Shown: piece by piece, positions 63,301-64,000 of the stretch
Position numbering within the stretch: the first letter of the stretch is position 1
How the letters are laid out: each line of letters opens with the position of its first letter
Assembly: GCA_036172245.1 (NCBI GenBank)
Contig: JAYWIR010000020.1
Coordinates: forward strand, 2,356,001-2,420,000
Reading direction: 5' to 3'
Source: Raillietiella orientalis
Lineage: Eukaryota
Length of the DNA stretch: 64,000 bases
Notes under the pieces: model-generated
Told to the model about the DNA's origin: nothing
What the model saw: the letters and a program-made list of their open reading frames with translations, nothing else
The model's database searches: none
Translations under genes and position numbers: made by a program

Positions 63301-64000
63301 GGTAATATTTACTTTACAGAGTACGAGACGGATCTCCAAACTACTTTGGGCTAAGCAACGTTCCAACGCACGCCATAGGGCATGGATTTCGTCCCATCAG
63401 ACTTCCATCTGTTCGGTCCAGAGGAGAATGCCATTCCTGGAGCAAAGTTCAGAGGCGGTGAAGAGTGCTTGAGGATATGTTTCTGATGGAGAAGAGAGGA
63501 CATTCATCAATAAGCCCTCGTTTTCAGGTCATGCAACGTCATAAAAACACTTGGAGGCTACATGGAAAATTTTTTTTTTTTTTTTCCTGTCGATTTTTGT
63601 GCATCCCGGCAATGCACTTCAGCTCTGCGAAGATTTTCGGTAGGAAAAGTACTTATCCTATTGAATAATGGTCGTATTGCTTCACTTCCATTCCATATTG
63701 AACTTGACATCTTTTCTTCGAATGATCCTGAATCAGCCAGCAAGGAAGGTCACTGTTTGTTTGTATGGCTCGACATGCCTTCTAGTTTTGCCTTCCTAAC
63801 AGCCCTGTTCTTTCTTCTCGCTCTTTGGGGGGTTCATCTCACTCCAAGAAAGCGCACATTCCCGGTAATGCTCATAATGTGATCTCAAATTTGAGAAATA
63901 GCGGTGGTCCCGAAAATGATCTATTCGAAGGGAGGGATAGACATTTACGATCTGCTAACTCTTTTTTTTTTTTTTAATGCACATTGCTTCTGTTTATTCT

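Overview
This is eukaryotic, arthropod-like genomic DNA with spliceosomal introns, microsatellites and dense decayed transposons. I see no prokaryotic operon, CRISPR array, rRNA or bona fide tRNA. The best-supported host genes are two Tweedle/DUF243-type cuticle protein genes: 337-780, and a clean two-exon gene at 27346-28217. Between about 13 and 30 kb, and again at 40-53 kb, lie about a dozen decayed fragments of L1/Tx1-type non-LTR retrotransposons (endonuclease/linker pieces and zf-RVT plus 3'UTR pieces); I could not recognise an RT catalytic core in any of them. Their 3'UTRs share a nested stem-loop with compensatory substitutions and a common terminal motif. Also present are an internally deleted piggyBac element flanked by an unusual ~69-bp TTAA-bounded duplication, three AT-rich foldback MITEs (probably Mutator-type), a TA-flanked Tc1/pogo-type MITE, a 32-bp minisatellite, and several degenerate hydrophobic fragments resembling gustatory-receptor exons (low confidence). 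All calls come from reading by eye, with no searches run, and transposon boundaries are approximate. I found no intact novel protein-coding system; the most novel-looking signals are the covarying 3'UTR RNA structure and the long piggyBac flanking duplication.
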